64,000 bases of DNA, from NCBI GenBank assembly GCA_964520655.1, contig CAZFNI010000003.1:6220-70219 (forward strand), read 5' to 3'. The translations under genes were made by a program, and so were the position numbers. This document shows positions 35,739 to 45,858 of the stretch, piece by piece; position 1 is the stretch's first letter, and each line of letters starts with the position of its first letter. The stretch comes from an uncultured Planctomycetales bacterium. GTDB lineage: Bacteria; Omnitrophota; Gorgyraeia; Zapsychrales; Fredricksoniimonadaceae. The notes under the pieces were generated by a model. It ran no database searches. It saw only the letters and a program-made list of their open reading frames with translations, and was not told the DNA's origin.

Positions 35739-37111
35739 CCCCTGTACAGTATAAAAGAGCGCTGTTCATATTCCGACGGGACTTAAGGCTCCAGGACAAT
35801 ACCGGTCTGATCGCCGCTTTGGAAAGATCTAAGCGCGTGATGCCGTGTTTTATCGTTGATCCGCGTCAGGTCGAGGATCAGCCTTACCGGGGGCGCCCAA
35901 GCCTGGCGTTCATGATCTCCTCGTTGAATGATCTTAAGGGACAGCTGAAAGAACGGGGCGGGCGATTATTCGTCTTTCATGGTAAGCCTCAGGATGTGGT
36001 CGAGTCGCTGATCCAGCAAGAAGGTATTGACGCTGTTTTTTTCAATGCCGATTATACACCCTTTAGTCGCAAGCGGGACAATGCGATCACTAACGCGTGC
36101 GACGCGCATAAGGTCCCCTGTCATGTGTCCCATGATGCGCTGCTTAATCCTCCCGACGCGGTGAGAAAAAACGATGGTGGTTTATATACGGTCTATACGC
36201 CGTATGCGCGTAAAGCCATGACTATCCCTGTTGCGTCACCGCGCTTATGTCCACGAGGGAAGTTTGAGGCATCTCCAAGCAGTTTGGAGAACACGAAGGC
36301 TTATGATGCGCTGCTGTCCTTGCCTAAAGAGTATCCCCAATATCCGGGGGGTAGAAGCGCCGCTTTATCGCTGTTAGCGGCCATCAAGCGGTTAAAGGAT
36401 TATGAGCAAAAGCGTGATTTCCCGTTCTTGCGTCAGACAACCGTTTTGTCCGCTCATCATAAATTCGGGACCTGCTCCGTCCGAGAAACCTATCACCACA
36501 TTGTCCGGGTTTTCGGCCCGTCGCATACACTGGTGAAAGAATTGTATTGGCGGGATTTCTTTACCCAGATCGGTTATCATTATCCGCATGTGCTGGGAAA
36601 AAGTTTCTATCCCCGTTATGATGCGCTTGCCTGGGACGATAATGAAGCGTTCTTTCAGGCTTGGGCGAACGGCCAGACGGGTTTCCCAATTGTCGATGCC
36701 GGCATGCGGGAGTTAAACGCGACCGGATTCATGCATAACCGCGTACGCATGATAGCCGCCTCATTCTTGATCAAAGACCTGCACATTGATTGGCGGCGGG
36801 GCGAGCAATATTTCGCGCGGGCATTGGTGGATTATGATCCGCTGGTCAATAACGGCAACTGGCAATGGGCGGCGTCGACGGGCTGTGATGCGGCGCCGTA
36901 TTTTCGTATCTTTAACCCCTGGCTGCAGCAGAAACGTTTCGACCCGCACGCTGAGTATATCAAGCAATGGATCCCGTCGTTAAGGGATGTTGATGCGCAA
37001 GCGATCCATGATATTCCAAAGAAGGGGCATGTTTTCAAGGATTATCCCGCCCCGATCGTCTGGCACGCGCATGAAAAAACCAAAGCATTAGCCGCATACG
37101 GGAAGGTGTGA
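35735..37111 (+). CDS. Deoxyribodipyrimidine photolyase / cryptochrome family (FAD-binding)
   Basis: N-terminal photolyase domain 'ALFIFRRDLRLQDNTGL'; C-terminal FAD-binding 'WREFF', 'GNWQWAASTGCDAAPYFRIFNP'. Confidence 0.8.
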   Translation: MTPVQYKRALFIFRRDLRLQDNTGLIAALERSKRVMPCFIVDPRQVEDQPYRGRPSLAFMISSLNDLKGQLKERGGRLFVFHGKPQDVVESLIQQEGIDAVFFNADYTPFSRKRDNAITNACDAHKVPCHVSHDALLNPPDAVRKNDGGLYTVYTPYARKAMTIPVASPRLCPRGKFEASPSSLENTKAYDALLSLPKEYPQYPGGRSAALSLLAAIKRLKDYEQKRDFPFLRQTTVLSAHHKFGTCSVRETYHHIVRVFGPSHTLVKELYWRDFFTQIGYHYPHVLGKSFYPRYDALAWDDNEAFFQAWANGQTGFPIVDAGMRELNATGFMHNRVRMIAASFLIKDLHIDWRRGEQYFARALVDYDPLVNNGNWQWAASTGCDAAPYFRIFNPWLQQKRFDPHAEYIKQWIPSLRDVDAQAIHDIPKKGHVFKDYPAPIVWHAHEKTKALAAYGKV

Positions 37112-37112
37112 T

Positions 37113-38393
37113 GTGAAAAGATCAGCTCCTGAATTATTGATGCCGGCGGGGAATATGGAGAAAATGCAGTTCGCGTTGGCCTTCGGCGCGGATGCGGTCT
37201 ATTTAGGTATCCCCAAATTCTCGCTTCGGGCCAGAGAGAACGGGTTTAGGACATTGGCGCAGGTCGCAGAAGCGATCGACTATGCCCACAAATTAGGGAA
37301 GAAGGTCTATGTCACTGCCAATATCTTCCCGCATAACAGCAAGATCCCGTCTTTTGTCGCCTACATCAAGGATCTGCTGGCGCAATGCAGGCCGGATGCC
37401 TGGATCATGTCTGATCCGGGGCTGATCATGCTGATGATGGATCATTTCCCCAGCGAGACGATCCATATTTCCGTACAGGCCAATACATTGAACTACGCGT
37501 CCGTCAAATTCTGGCAGAAGCTGGGGGTCAAGCGGATCATTGTCTCGCGTGAGATCAGCATTCGGGAAATGAAAGAGATACACGATGCTTGTCCAGACAT
37601 GGAGCTGGAGTCATTCGTGCACGGCGCCATCTGCATGGCGTATTCCGGACGGTGTTTGATCTCCAATTATCTAAGCCACCGCGATTCCAATCAAGGCGTG
37701 TGCACCAATTCCTGCCGGTGGGAATATAAGGTCTATAAAAGCCAAGAAGAATATGAGGAGCCTAAGGGGCAGTATTTCGTCAAAGAAACGACGCGGCCGG
37801 ATGAATTGTTCGAACTGGATGAAGATGAGAACGGCAGCTATCTGATGAATTCCAAGGATTTGTGCGCCATCGATGCATTAGCGGATCTCAAAGAGGCGGG
37901 GGTGTGTTCCTTTAAAGTAGAGGGGCGTTCCAAATCGGTATATTACGCGGCCATGATCGCGCGGGCCTACCGGGGGGCGATCGATGACATGATGGCTGGG
38001 CGTCCCTTCAATCATGAGTGGATCAATGATGTCTGGGCCACGTCTAACCGCGGCTTTATCAGGGGTTTCTTATACGGCAATCCCGGCGTCGATGGGCAGG
38101 AATTCACCAACAGCAATTCTCTGTACACCCGCTACCGCTATACGGCGCAGGTATTGGGATATGACCCCAGGCAAGGACGGTTGCTTCTTAAGCCGGCCAA
38201 TCTTATCAAGGCCAAAGCGATGTATGAGATCTGTACGCCATCCGGCAACGAGGCATTGGCAGTCAGCGCTGTTTATGACAGGTCAGGGCATTCACAATCG
38301 GAAGTCCATCCGGGTGTGCCTTCCTGCAGCGTGCCGTACCCCAAAGATCTCGGACCCTTTGCGGTCATCCGAGAAAGAATAGAACCTGCTTGA
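37113..38393 (+). CDS. Peptidase U32 family protein (collagenase-like / RlhA-type)
   Basis: 'LLMPAGNMEKMQFALAFGADAVYLG', 'RIIVSREISIREM', and a Cys cluster (CMAYSGRC...C..C), typical of U32. Confidence 0.7.
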   Translation: MKRSAPELLMPAGNMEKMQFALAFGADAVYLGIPKFSLRARENGFRTLAQVAEAIDYAHKLGKKVYVTANIFPHNSKIPSFVAYIKDLLAQCRPDAWIMSDPGLIMLMMDHFPSETIHISVQANTLNYASVKFWQKLGVKRIIVSREISIREMKEIHDACPDMELESFVHGAICMAYSGRCLISNYLSHRDSNQGVCTNSCRWEYKVYKSQEEYEEPKGQYFVKETTRPDELFELDEDENGSYLMNSKDLCAIDALADLKEAGVCSFKVEGRSKSVYYAAMIARAYRGAIDDMMAGRPFNHEWINDVWATSNRGFIRGFLYGNPGVDGQEFTNSNSLYTRYRYTAQVLGYDPRQGRLLLKPANLIKAKAMYEICTPSGNEALAVSAVYDRSGHSQSEVHPGVPSCSVPYPKDLGPFAVIRERIEPA

Positions 38394-40006
38394 TTTGTGT
38401 GGGGGCTCATTTAAAATACAGTTTAATGGCTCGTCGAATATTCTTATATTGTTCCCTGATCAGCGTGTTTGTGGTGTTCATTGCCTGCCGGTTCTGGCCT
38501 CAGGCGGTGTGGTTGCTGCTTGCGGTGGGTCCCATCATTGCGGTGGGGGTTGTGGATATGTTCCAGACGCGCCATGCCATCCGTCGTAATTTTCCGATCA
38601 TTGGTAATTTCCGCTATTGGTTGGAATTTTTCCGCCCTGAGATCAATCAATATTTTGTGGAATCCAACACTTCAGGGACGCCGTTTAACCGGCTGGACCG
38701 TTCATTGGTATATCAGCGTGCCAAGGGGGAATTGGATACATTGCCCTTCGGGACGCAGAAAAATGTTTACGAAGTGGGCTATGAATGGGTGACGCACTCC
38801 ATGGTGCCGGTCCCTGTTGACCCCAAAGGATTGCGTGTACTCGTCGGGGCTGGCCGGGGGAGGCCGTATTCGGCCAGTATTTTTAATATCGGGGCCATGA
38901 GCTTTGGGGCGTTAAGCGCCAATGCGGTCGTGGCCTTGAATGAAGGTGCGGCCTTAGGAGGCTTCGCGCATAACACCGGTGAGGGAGGACTAACGCCGTA
39001 CCATTTAAAAGGCGGGGACCTGATCTGGCAGGTGGGGACCGGATACTTTGGATGCCGCACTAAAGAGGGGAGATTTTGTCCGGAAAGTTTTAAGCATAAG
39101 TCCCAGCTTCAAACGGTTAAGATGATCGAGGTCAAGATCTCCCAGGGCGCCAAGCCTGGCCACGGCGGGATATTGCCCGCGGAGAAATTGACCAAAGAGA
39201 TCGCGGATATCCGCGGTGTCCCGATGGGCCAAAGCGTTGTTTCGCCGCCGGCACATAGCGCTTTTTCGACGCCTGTAGAGCTCTTGGGATTCATTGAACG
39301 CCTGCGTGAGCTTTCCGGCGGGAAACCGGTTGGTTTTAAATTGTGTATCGGTAAGCCCAGAGAGTTTGTCGCTATCTGTAAAGCCATGCAGAAAACCGGG
39401 ATCACTCCGGATTTCATCACGGTTGACGGCGGAGAGGGCGGGACCGGCGCGGCCCCGTTGGAATTTTCCAACTATGTCGGATCGCCTTTAAATGACGGGC
39501 TCGTCATCGTGCACAATGCGCTGGTCGGTTTTTCATTAAGGGACAAGGTGAGGATCATTTCTTCCGGCAAGATCAATTCCGGTTTCGGTATTTTAAAACA
39601 TATGCTCATGGGCGCGGACTTGTGCTATTCGTCGCGGGGGATGATGCTGGCCTTGGGCTGCATCCAAGCGCTGCAATGCAACACGAACCTTTGCCCGACG
39701 GGGGTGGCGACCCAGGATCCGTCATTGGCTAATGGGCTGGTGGTCGCCCAGAAAAATAAGCGCGTGCATAACTTTCATAAGGCAACGGTTAAAAGTTTCG
39801 CGGATATTCTGGGGGCGACAGGGTGTGCGTCGATCACTCAGCTAAGTCCGCGCTACCTGATGCGCCGCATCTCTTTTTCCCAGGTCAAGGATTACAGCCA
39901 GATCTACCATTTCCTCAATGACGGGGACTTGTTAAAGACTCCGTATCCGGCAGAATTTGAATTGGCGATGCGTAATTCTGCCGCGGAGACATTCGCCCGG
40001 GTATAA
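38390..40006 (+). CDS. Membrane-anchored FMN-dependent glutamate-synthase-related protein (GltS central-domain family)
   Basis: Two N-terminal TM helices; 'KISQGAKPGHGGILP', 'GGTGAAP', and a CxxCxxxC-like 'CNTNLCPTG' as in the GltS FMN/Fe-S domain. Confidence 0.65.
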   Translation: MICVGAHLKYSLMARRIFLYCSLISVFVVFIACRFWPQAVWLLLAVGPIIAVGVVDMFQTRHAIRRNFPIIGNFRYWLEFFRPEINQYFVESNTSGTPFNRLDRSLVYQRAKGELDTLPFGTQKNVYEVGYEWVTHSMVPVPVDPKGLRVLVGAGRGRPYSASIFNIGAMSFGALSANAVVALNEGAALGGFAHNTGEGGLTPYHLKGGDLIWQVGTGYFGCRTKEGRFCPESFKHKSQLQTVKMIEVKISQGAKPGHGGILPAEKLTKEIADIRGVPMGQSVVSPPAHSAFSTPVELLGFIERLRELSGGKPVGFKLCIGKPREFVAICKAMQKTGITPDFITVDGGEGGTGAAPLEFSNYVGSPLNDGLVIVHNALVGFSLRDKVRIISSGKINSGFGILKHMLMGADLCYSSRGMMLALGCIQALQCNTNLCPTGVATQDPSLANGLVVAQKNKRVHNFHKATVKSFADILGATGCASITQLSPRYLMRRISFSQVKDYSQIYHFLNDGDLLKTPYPAEFELAMRNSAAETFARV

Positions 40007-40133
40007 CATGATCATATCCACTGGCGCGGGAGTATTGCCAGTGAGGTGCTTTTAGGTTAGGATGATCTGATCTTCGGCCGGCGCAGTTTGGCGGGGGCTT
40101 TGATCGGGCATTGCTCAAATAAAAGGAAAACCT

Positions 40134-40361
40134 ATGGCTGATAGTCAGAATCCGTTCCGGTTGCTGGTCGTGATCACGGCGGCGTTGTGTGTGGCTGGGG
40201 GGTTGTATGCCTATGCCGCTTATAAAGATAAAGAATCCAGGCATAAGTCCGCGCTGTGCAAGGAGAAATGTTTTGGCGACGGTTTTACTGGTTATGATTT
40301 TCAATGGAATATGTTCGGCAGTCCTCATTGTAAATGTTTCGATACAACTAACAAAGAATAG
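40134..40361 (+). CDS. Small single-TM Cys-rich protein (75 aa)
   Basis: TM helix 'LLVVITAALCVAGGLYAYAAY', then 4 Cys (CKEKC...HCKC); first gene of an apparent operon with the Rho-like ATPase. Confidence 0.3.
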   Translation: MADSQNPFRLLVVITAALCVAGGLYAYAAYKDKESRHKSALCKEKCFGDGFTGYDFQWNMFGSPHCKCFDTTNKE

Positions 40362-40372
40362 GTAAAGTTTTC

Positions 40373-41275
40373 ATGAGCAAATATATCCCTTCGCGTCAGC
40401 AGGATGAGAATCAGCGTAAATTTTTGACCGGTATCCCGATCGACCCCTCTCCCAGGATCTATCTGGAAAAAGGATCGACGGAAATGACCATGCGCGCCAT
40501 GGACCTGATATGCCCCATCGGTATGGGGCAGCGTGGATTGATCGTGGCCCCGCCGGGATGCGGGAAGACAACATTCTTAAAACATTTGTGCAGGTCGGTC
40601 GCGGCGGGATATCCCGATATCAAACTGCATTGTCTGCTCATTGATGAGCGTCCGGAAGAGGTTACGGATTTCAAGCGTTCGGTGCCTGCCGACGTGCGCA
40701 GTTCATCGTCGGACATGAGCTACGAGCATCATTTACAGACCGCGGATGCCTTAATGGCGGATGTGTTCAAAGAGACCGCTGACGGCGGCAATGTCATGGT
40801 GGTCATTGATTCCCTGACCCGCCTGGCGCGCGTGCATAATGCCCAGCAGTCTTCGCGCGGCGGCAAAACATTGTCCGGTGGTGTTGACAGCCGGGCCATG
40901 GAAGTGCCGCGTCGCATTTTCGGCTACGCGCGCAAGATCGAAGGGGCGGGTTCATTGACCATCCTGGCAACGATCTTGATCGAGACCGGCAGCCGTATGG
41001 ATGAAGTGATCTTTGAAGAATTCAAAGGAACCGGCAACATGGAAGTTGTCCTGTCCCGCGATATTGCCAGCCACCGCATTTTCCCGGCGATCGATATCGC
41101 CAAGAGCTCGACGCGCAAACAGGAACTGCTGATCCCCAAAGAGCAATTACCTCGGGTGGACGCCTTAAGAAGGTCGCTGGTGACGTTAAATAAAGTGGAA
41201 GCGGCTAAATCCCTTTTAGACCTGATGACAGCGCATCGGGACAATGATACTTTATTGAATAAATTGGATATTTAA
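40373..41275 (+). CDS. Rho-family hexameric RNA helicase/ATPase paralog lacking the N-terminal primary RNA-binding (OB/CSD) domain
   Basis: Aligns to E. coli Rho from about residue 125 to the end: 'PIGMGQRGLIVAPPGCGKTT' (Walker A), 'LLIDERPEEV', 'DSLTRLAR', 'ATILIETGSRMDEVIFEEFKGTGNMEVVLSRDIASHRIFPAIDI'; no N-terminal domain in this or adjacent frames. Confidence 0.75.
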   Translation: MSKYIPSRQQDENQRKFLTGIPIDPSPRIYLEKGSTEMTMRAMDLICPIGMGQRGLIVAPPGCGKTTFLKHLCRSVAAGYPDIKLHCLLIDERPEEVTDFKRSVPADVRSSSSDMSYEHHLQTADALMADVFKETADGGNVMVVIDSLTRLARVHNAQQSSRGGKTLSGGVDSRAMEVPRRIFGYARKIEGAGSLTILATILIETGSRMDEVIFEEFKGTGNMEVVLSRDIASHRIFPAIDIAKSSTRKQELLIPKEQLPRVDALRRSLVTLNKVEAAKSLLDLMTAHRDNDTLLNKLDI

Positions 41276-41276
41276 G

Positions 41277-42464
41277 ATGATCGAGACTTCTACTCATTCC
41301 CGCATGCCCGTTGTGCTGCAGACAGGATTCAGGATATTTTTTCTAGGGGCTGTTGTTCACACGGTTTTGTCCATGTTGGCCTGGTTCTTGTTCTACCTTT
41401 GCCAGGTGAATATTTTTGTGGCCATGCCGCTGACCGTTTGGCACGCTCACGAGATGGTTTTTGGTTTTTCGATGGCCGTGATCGCCGGGTTTTTGCTGAC
41501 GGCAGTGACCAATTGGACGGGACTGCCGACACTAAGCGGCGCGCCGCTGTTGATCTTATTCCTTTTGTGGGCGCTGGCGCGCGTCCTGGCGTTCTTGCCG
41601 GCGACGGTCTCATTATGGCCGATGATCATCTGTAATGTCGCGTTCATGGTATATTTAACAATCGCGGTCATGATCCCCATTATTAAGGTCAGACAATGGC
41701 GGCAATCCGCGGTCTTCTCCAAGTTGATGCTGATGATGGTTTCCTCAGGTGTTTTGTATTGGGCGCTGCTGCATCAGGACTTTATCATGGAACGTAAAAC
41801 GATCCGTTTTACTGTTTATATGGTCATCAGTCTGATCTTAACAATGGGGCGGCGCATCATGCCGTTCTTTATCGAGGGCGGCGTTGGTTATCCGATGAAA
41901 CTGCGCAACAGCCGCGTTTTGGATATCGTTAGTTTGGTGCTGCTTGTTGTGTTTTGCTATGCGGATATCTTTACCCATGAGGGATGGCTTACGGCCGCCG
42001 CCGCTTTGTTATTGGCCCTGGTGCATGCTTTGCGTTTGGCTGGATGGCATACACACGGTGTATGGCAGAGGCCGCTATTGTGGATATTATTTGCGGGGTA
42101 TATGTTCTTGATCCTTGGGTTTTTGTTGAAAGCCGCCGCGTTCGTGTACCCCAAATGTGATGATAGCGCCCTGCACGCGTTTACCACCGGTGGCATTGGT
42201 ATTTTCTGTATCGGCATGATGGCACGGGTATCGCTGGGCCACACCGGGCGCGGCGTGGGTCGTGTGCCGCCGCTGCTTGAGACCATATTCTATACGGCGA
42301 TCGTAAGCGCTTTGATCCGGGTGGTCTTGACGCTGGGACTAAATGAGCAGTATGGTATCATGATCGGTGCCAGCCAGATACTGTGGATGACCGCGTTCGT
42401 CCTTTTCTTGGTTGTGTATTGGGGAATATTGACCTCGGCAAGAGTTGATGGGAAAATGGGGTAA
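41277..42464 (+). CDS. NnrS-family heme/copper-containing membrane protein (NO-stress associated)
   Basis: 12 TM helices; 'WHAHEMVFGFSMAVIAGFLLTAVTNWTG' matches the NnrS hallmark region. Confidence 0.55.
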   Translation: MIETSTHSRMPVVLQTGFRIFFLGAVVHTVLSMLAWFLFYLCQVNIFVAMPLTVWHAHEMVFGFSMAVIAGFLLTAVTNWTGLPTLSGAPLLILFLLWALARVLAFLPATVSLWPMIICNVAFMVYLTIAVMIPIIKVRQWRQSAVFSKLMLMMVSSGVLYWALLHQDFIMERKTIRFTVYMVISLILTMGRRIMPFFIEGGVGYPMKLRNSRVLDIVSLVLLVVFCYADIFTHEGWLTAAAALLLALVHALRLAGWHTHGVWQRPLLWILFAGYMFLILGFLLKAAAFVYPKCDDSALHAFTTGGIGIFCIGMMARVSLGHTGRGVGRVPPLLETIFYTAIVSALIRVVLTLGLNEQYGIMIGASQILWMTAFVLFLVVYWGILTSARVDGKMG

Positions 42465-42482
42465 TATTAAGGAGGCATTGCC

Positions 42483-43436
42483 ATGTATTTTCATGACTTA
42501 AGCGAAGCGCAGGTCTTGGCGGTGGCGATCGCCGCGGAAGAGGAGGACGGGCGTATCTATCTGGATTTTGCCCAGAACCTGCGCAAAGATTTTCCGTCGA
42601 CCGCGGAACTTTTTGTCCAAATGGCGCAAGAGGAATCCAGGCACCGCCAGCGGCTGATCGATCTGTATCGGGAGCGTTTCGGTGAGCATATTCCGTTGAT
42701 CCGTCGGGGCGACATTAAAGGATTCGTCAAACGCCAGCCAGCCTGGTATGTCCAGAACATTACACCGGAAAAAGCGCGCGCGGAAGCCGCATCCATGGAG
42801 CTTGAGACCCGCCGTTTCTATGAAGTCGCGGCTAGCCGCACGACCAATGCGGCCATGCGTAAATTGCTGGGGGATCTGGCTGCCGAAGAAGGAAGGCATG
42901 AGCATGTGGCCTCAACCATACACGCGGCCCAGGAGCAGGCGGGAGAAGTTGTCGCCGAGCAGCATGCGGCGCAGCGTTTATTTGTCCTGCGTTTTGTCCA
43001 GCCGGGGTTGGCCGGCTTGATGGATGGGTCTGTCTCTACGCTTGCCCCGTTATTCGCGGCGGCGTTCGCTACCCATAATACGATGGAAACCTTTAAAGTA
43101 GGTCTTGCGGCCTCCATCGGGGCGGGGATCAGTATGGGATTCGCTGAAGCCTTATCCGACGACGGGAAATTAAGCGGCCGCGGGGCCCCCTGGATGCGCG
43201 GGGTTGTCTGCGGTCTGATGACAACGATTGGCGGCATCGGGCACACACTGCCGTATTTTATCCCGGATTTCGGGATGGCCACGACTGTCGCGGTCCTTGT
43301 GGTGGTCATTGAACTGATCATCATTTCCATCATCCGCTGGAAATACATGGACACGCCGTTCTTATCCGCCTCTTTTCAGGTCATTGTCGGCGGGTTGCTG
43401 GTGTTCCTGGCAGGGTGGCTGATCGGGGCAAGCTAA
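42483..43436 (+). CDS. Er-VIT1: N-terminal ferritin-like/rubrerythrin domain fused to a VIT1/CCC1-family iron/manganese transporter
   Basis: Ferritin-like ExxH pairs ([34 protein letters not shown]) followed by 5 TM helices of the VIT family ([18 protein letters not shown]...). Confidence 0.65.
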   Translation: MYFHDLSEAQVLAVAIAAEEEDGRIYLDFAQNLRKDFPSTAELFVQMAQEESRHRQRLIDLYRERFGEHIPLIRRGDIKGFVKRQPAWYVQNITPEKARAEAASMELETRRFYEVAASRTTNAAMRKLLGDLAAEEGRHEHVASTIHAAQEQAGEVVAEQHAAQRLFVLRFVQPGLAGLMDGSVSTLAPLFAAAFATHNTMETFKVGLAASIGAGISMGFAEALSDDGKLSGRGAPWMRGVVCGLMTTIGGIGHTLPYFIPDFGMATTVAVLVVVIELIIISIIRWKYMDTPFLSASFQVIVGGLLVFLAGWLIGAS

Positions 43437-43439
43437 AGG

Positions 43440-44393
43440 ATGAACAGCGACCTGATACAAAAACTCTCCCTTGCGCTGGCAAAACGCCAGCGCCTTTTTA
43501 ATGTCACCAATGCGCTGCGTTTGGTCAATGGGTCCGGCGACGGGCTCAAAGGCCTTGTGGTCGACCGGTATAACCGGCACATTGCGATCCAGGTCATGGA
43601 TAAGCGCTGGCTTGATCACACACAAGCGCTGGCGGATTTCTTCCGGAAGGAGTGTGCGGCCGTTTACGTCATCCTCAAGGACCGCAGCGCCAATGCTTCG
43701 TCCGTATCGGATGCGATCAAAGTACAGGTATTATCAGGCGGCAATAGCATAACGACGGTCCAGGAATATGGCTTGACCTTTGAGGTTGATCTCAATGACG
43801 GGTTAAATTGCGGGCTGTTCTTGGATATGCGCAAGAACCGCCGGCTGGTCGCTTCTTTGGCCAGAGGCAAAACTGTATTGAATTGTTTTGCCTATACCTG
43901 TTCGTTCGGGGTCCATTGCTATTCCGCGGGCGCTGTGGGTGTGACTAATGTGGATATCAGCAGTAATTATTTAAAAAGGGGAGAAGCGAATTATCAGCAT
44001 AATGGGCTTTCAGCGGATAAAAGTTCTTTTGTTAAAGCCGACGCACGCTTTTATTTAGAGCGGGCTGTTGCCCGCGGCAACCGTTACGGCCTGATCATCC
44101 TCGACCCGCCTTCTTTCGCGCGTCACGAAGGGAAAACATTTAGCGTGAAAAAAGATCTTGGTGCGTTGATACAATTAGCCTTCGAGGTGCTGGAGCCTCA
44201 GGGGCATTTGTTCGTTTCAACGAATTACAGCGGGATCAGCATAAAGCAGCTGGAAGTGATGGTGCGAGCCCGTAATGGGGGTGGGCGTATCAAGAAACTT
44301 CAATGTTTAGGGCAGGATGCGGATTTTCCTGGGACAAACCGGCTTGCAGAAAGTTTTTTATCAGCTGTTCTTGTGACCATCGCCAGGGATTAA
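43440..44393 (+). CDS. Class I SAM-dependent rRNA methyltransferase, RlmI/RlmK-like (PUA + MTase)
   Basis: 'VLNCFAYTCSFGVHC', 'ILDPPSFAR' motif IV region. Confidence 0.65.
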   Translation: MNSDLIQKLSLALAKRQRLFNVTNALRLVNGSGDGLKGLVVDRYNRHIAIQVMDKRWLDHTQALADFFRKECAAVYVILKDRSANASSVSDAIKVQVLSGGNSITTVQEYGLTFEVDLNDGLNCGLFLDMRKNRRLVASLARGKTVLNCFAYTCSFGVHCYSAGAVGVTNVDISSNYLKRGEANYQHNGLSADKSSFVKADARFYLERAVARGNRYGLIILDPPSFARHEGKTFSVKKDLGALIQLAFEVLEPQGHLFVSTNYSGISIKQLEVMVRARNGGGRIKKLQCLGQDADFPGTNRLAESFLSAVLVTIARD

Positions 44394-44416
44394 ATGATCA
44401 ATGGGAAGCAACATTC

Positions 44417-44818
44417 ATGATGTTATCTAAATTACGTAAGGCATTCACTCTGCCGGAAATCCTGCTGGCCGCGATGATCTTGGGTTTTTGTGTGTCGGTC
44501 ATTTTGATCTCTTATATCAATTCATTGAATCTGAATGACTCAAGCCGGAATCTGACCATTGCTTCCAGTCATGCGGAATTTATCTTAGAGGAGATCAGGA
44601 ATCAGCCGTTGGATGATGTGCGTCGGCAGATCGAAGCGGGGGAGTGGTTCTTTAACGAACGCAGAATTGCCGAGAAAATGCTGCAACCGTTGAAAAACGA
44701 GTTGATACGCGTTGAGGGATCTGTGGAAGATCCGCTGAAGATCAAGGTGACGGTAACATGGAAGGATAAGAACAGCAGGGAAAGGGACTATGCGCTTAAA
44801 ACGATCATTTCAGGATGA
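44417..44818 (+). CDS. Type IV pilin-like / T2SS pseudopilin (prepilin-type N-terminal methylation motif)
   Basis: 'KAFTLPEILLAAMILGF' prepilin signal with Glu+5; ATG 44417 chosen over the ORF-track start at 44303, which overlaps the upstream gene. Confidence 0.55.
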   Translation: MMLSKLRKAFTLPEILLAAMILGFCVSVILISYINSLNLNDSSRNLTIASSHAEFILEEIRNQPLDDVRRQIEAGEWFFNERRIAEKMLQPLKNELIRVEGSVEDPLKIKVTVTWKDKNSRERDYALKTIISG

Positions 44819-45291
44819 ACATGCCTAAGATAGGTTCCATCAGGGCGTTTAGTTTAACGGAATTGACTGTCAGCATGGCTGTTTTTTGTTTTGTCCTGTT
44901 GTGCTGCTATACCGCGCTTAGCATCGGCAATGGGATCACGCTGCGTGATGCCACGATGGTTCAGCTGCAATCTCAGGTCAGAAACGCGATGGCTCGGGTT
45001 GTAAGGGAAGCCAGGCAAGCGACATCCATGACGGTTTCCTTCTCGGATAAGCCGACGGATAGCGTTGTATTGTCAACGCCAAAGCTGCCTAATGTTCTCT
45101 ATTATGTGGACAACGGCATCTTGCTTAGGGAATACCCCCTTGGCCGCAGGATCCCTGTTGCCGTTCATATCAAAGAATTCAAGATGATCAATACGTCGGC
45201 TTTGGTGGAGATAACGATCACCGCCCAGAAGAGTGTTTTCAAACATCCCGTTTCTTTTTCATTGAAAGAGAAGATAAAATTGAGAAATTAA
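44815..45291 (+). CDS. Pseudopilin / minor pilin-like protein
   Basis: 'RAFSLTELTVSMAVFCFVLL' N-terminal hydrophobic prepilin-like segment; overlaps neighbours. Confidence 0.5.
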   Translation: MNMPKIGSIRAFSLTELTVSMAVFCFVLLCCYTALSIGNGITLRDATMVQLQSQVRNAMARVVREARQATSMTVSFSDKPTDSVVLSTPKLPNVLYYVDNGILLREYPLGRRIPVAVHIKEFKMINTSALVEITITAQKSVFKHPVSFSLKEKIKLRN

Positions 45292-45292
45292 G

Positions 45293-45739
45293 ATGATCGA
45301 GACCGAACGCGGATCATTATTGTTGAGCCTGCTCCTGGTGTTGGTGTTGACCATTTTGGGAGCGGGCATTTTGCTGCAAAGCAGCCTGGAGAATAAAGCC
45401 GCCAGGCATGCGGCAGTTTCCACGCAGGCGTTGTGGGCTGCGGAAGCGGGTCTCCATCAGATCTTGTGGGAACTGCGGCACAATGATTGCCGGGGGCTCT
45501 TTATTAAGGAAGGGGTCTTAAGCGGCGATTGTCCATCGTGTGAAACGGGAACATGCTTTGCAGAGGGTCAGATCACCGAGCAGTGTCGTTACTTTGTTCG
45601 TGCTGATGGCCCCAAAAAGCAAATCTCCTCAACGGGGTCTTGCGCATTTGGCCGTGGAACGGATGGGATTAAACGAAAGATCACGGCCGATCTGGATCTC
45701 GACCAACCCAAAGGTTATTCCTCCTGGGAAGATCTCTGA
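45293..45739 (+). CDS. Pseudopilin GspK/PilX-like minor pilin
   Basis: 'MIETERGSLLLSLLLVLVLTILGAGILL' prepilin-like N-terminus; 4 Cys in the globular part. Confidence 0.45.
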   Translation: MIETERGSLLLSLLLVLVLTILGAGILLQSSLENKAARHAAVSTQALWAAEAGLHQILWELRHNDCRGLFIKEGVLSGDCPSCETGTCFAEGQITEQCRYFVRADGPKKQISSTGSCAFGRGTDGIKRKITADLDLDQPKGYSSWEDL

Positions 45740-45858
45740 TCTTCTCTCCGTCGGTATATTTAAGAAAACCCTTTCCCAAAACAGGCCTTAACCCATTGAA
45801 TACTCTCTGTCCGGATGTTACATTCTCTCTGGGACGTTCTGTGACATAAGGAGGGAGT

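Noticed and set aside
40373-41275. Considered calling this the housekeeping transcription terminator rho
   Set aside because: The entire N-terminal RNA-binding domain is absent and the operon context is membrane/redox proteins. Reported as a Rho paralog instead, without the gene symbol.
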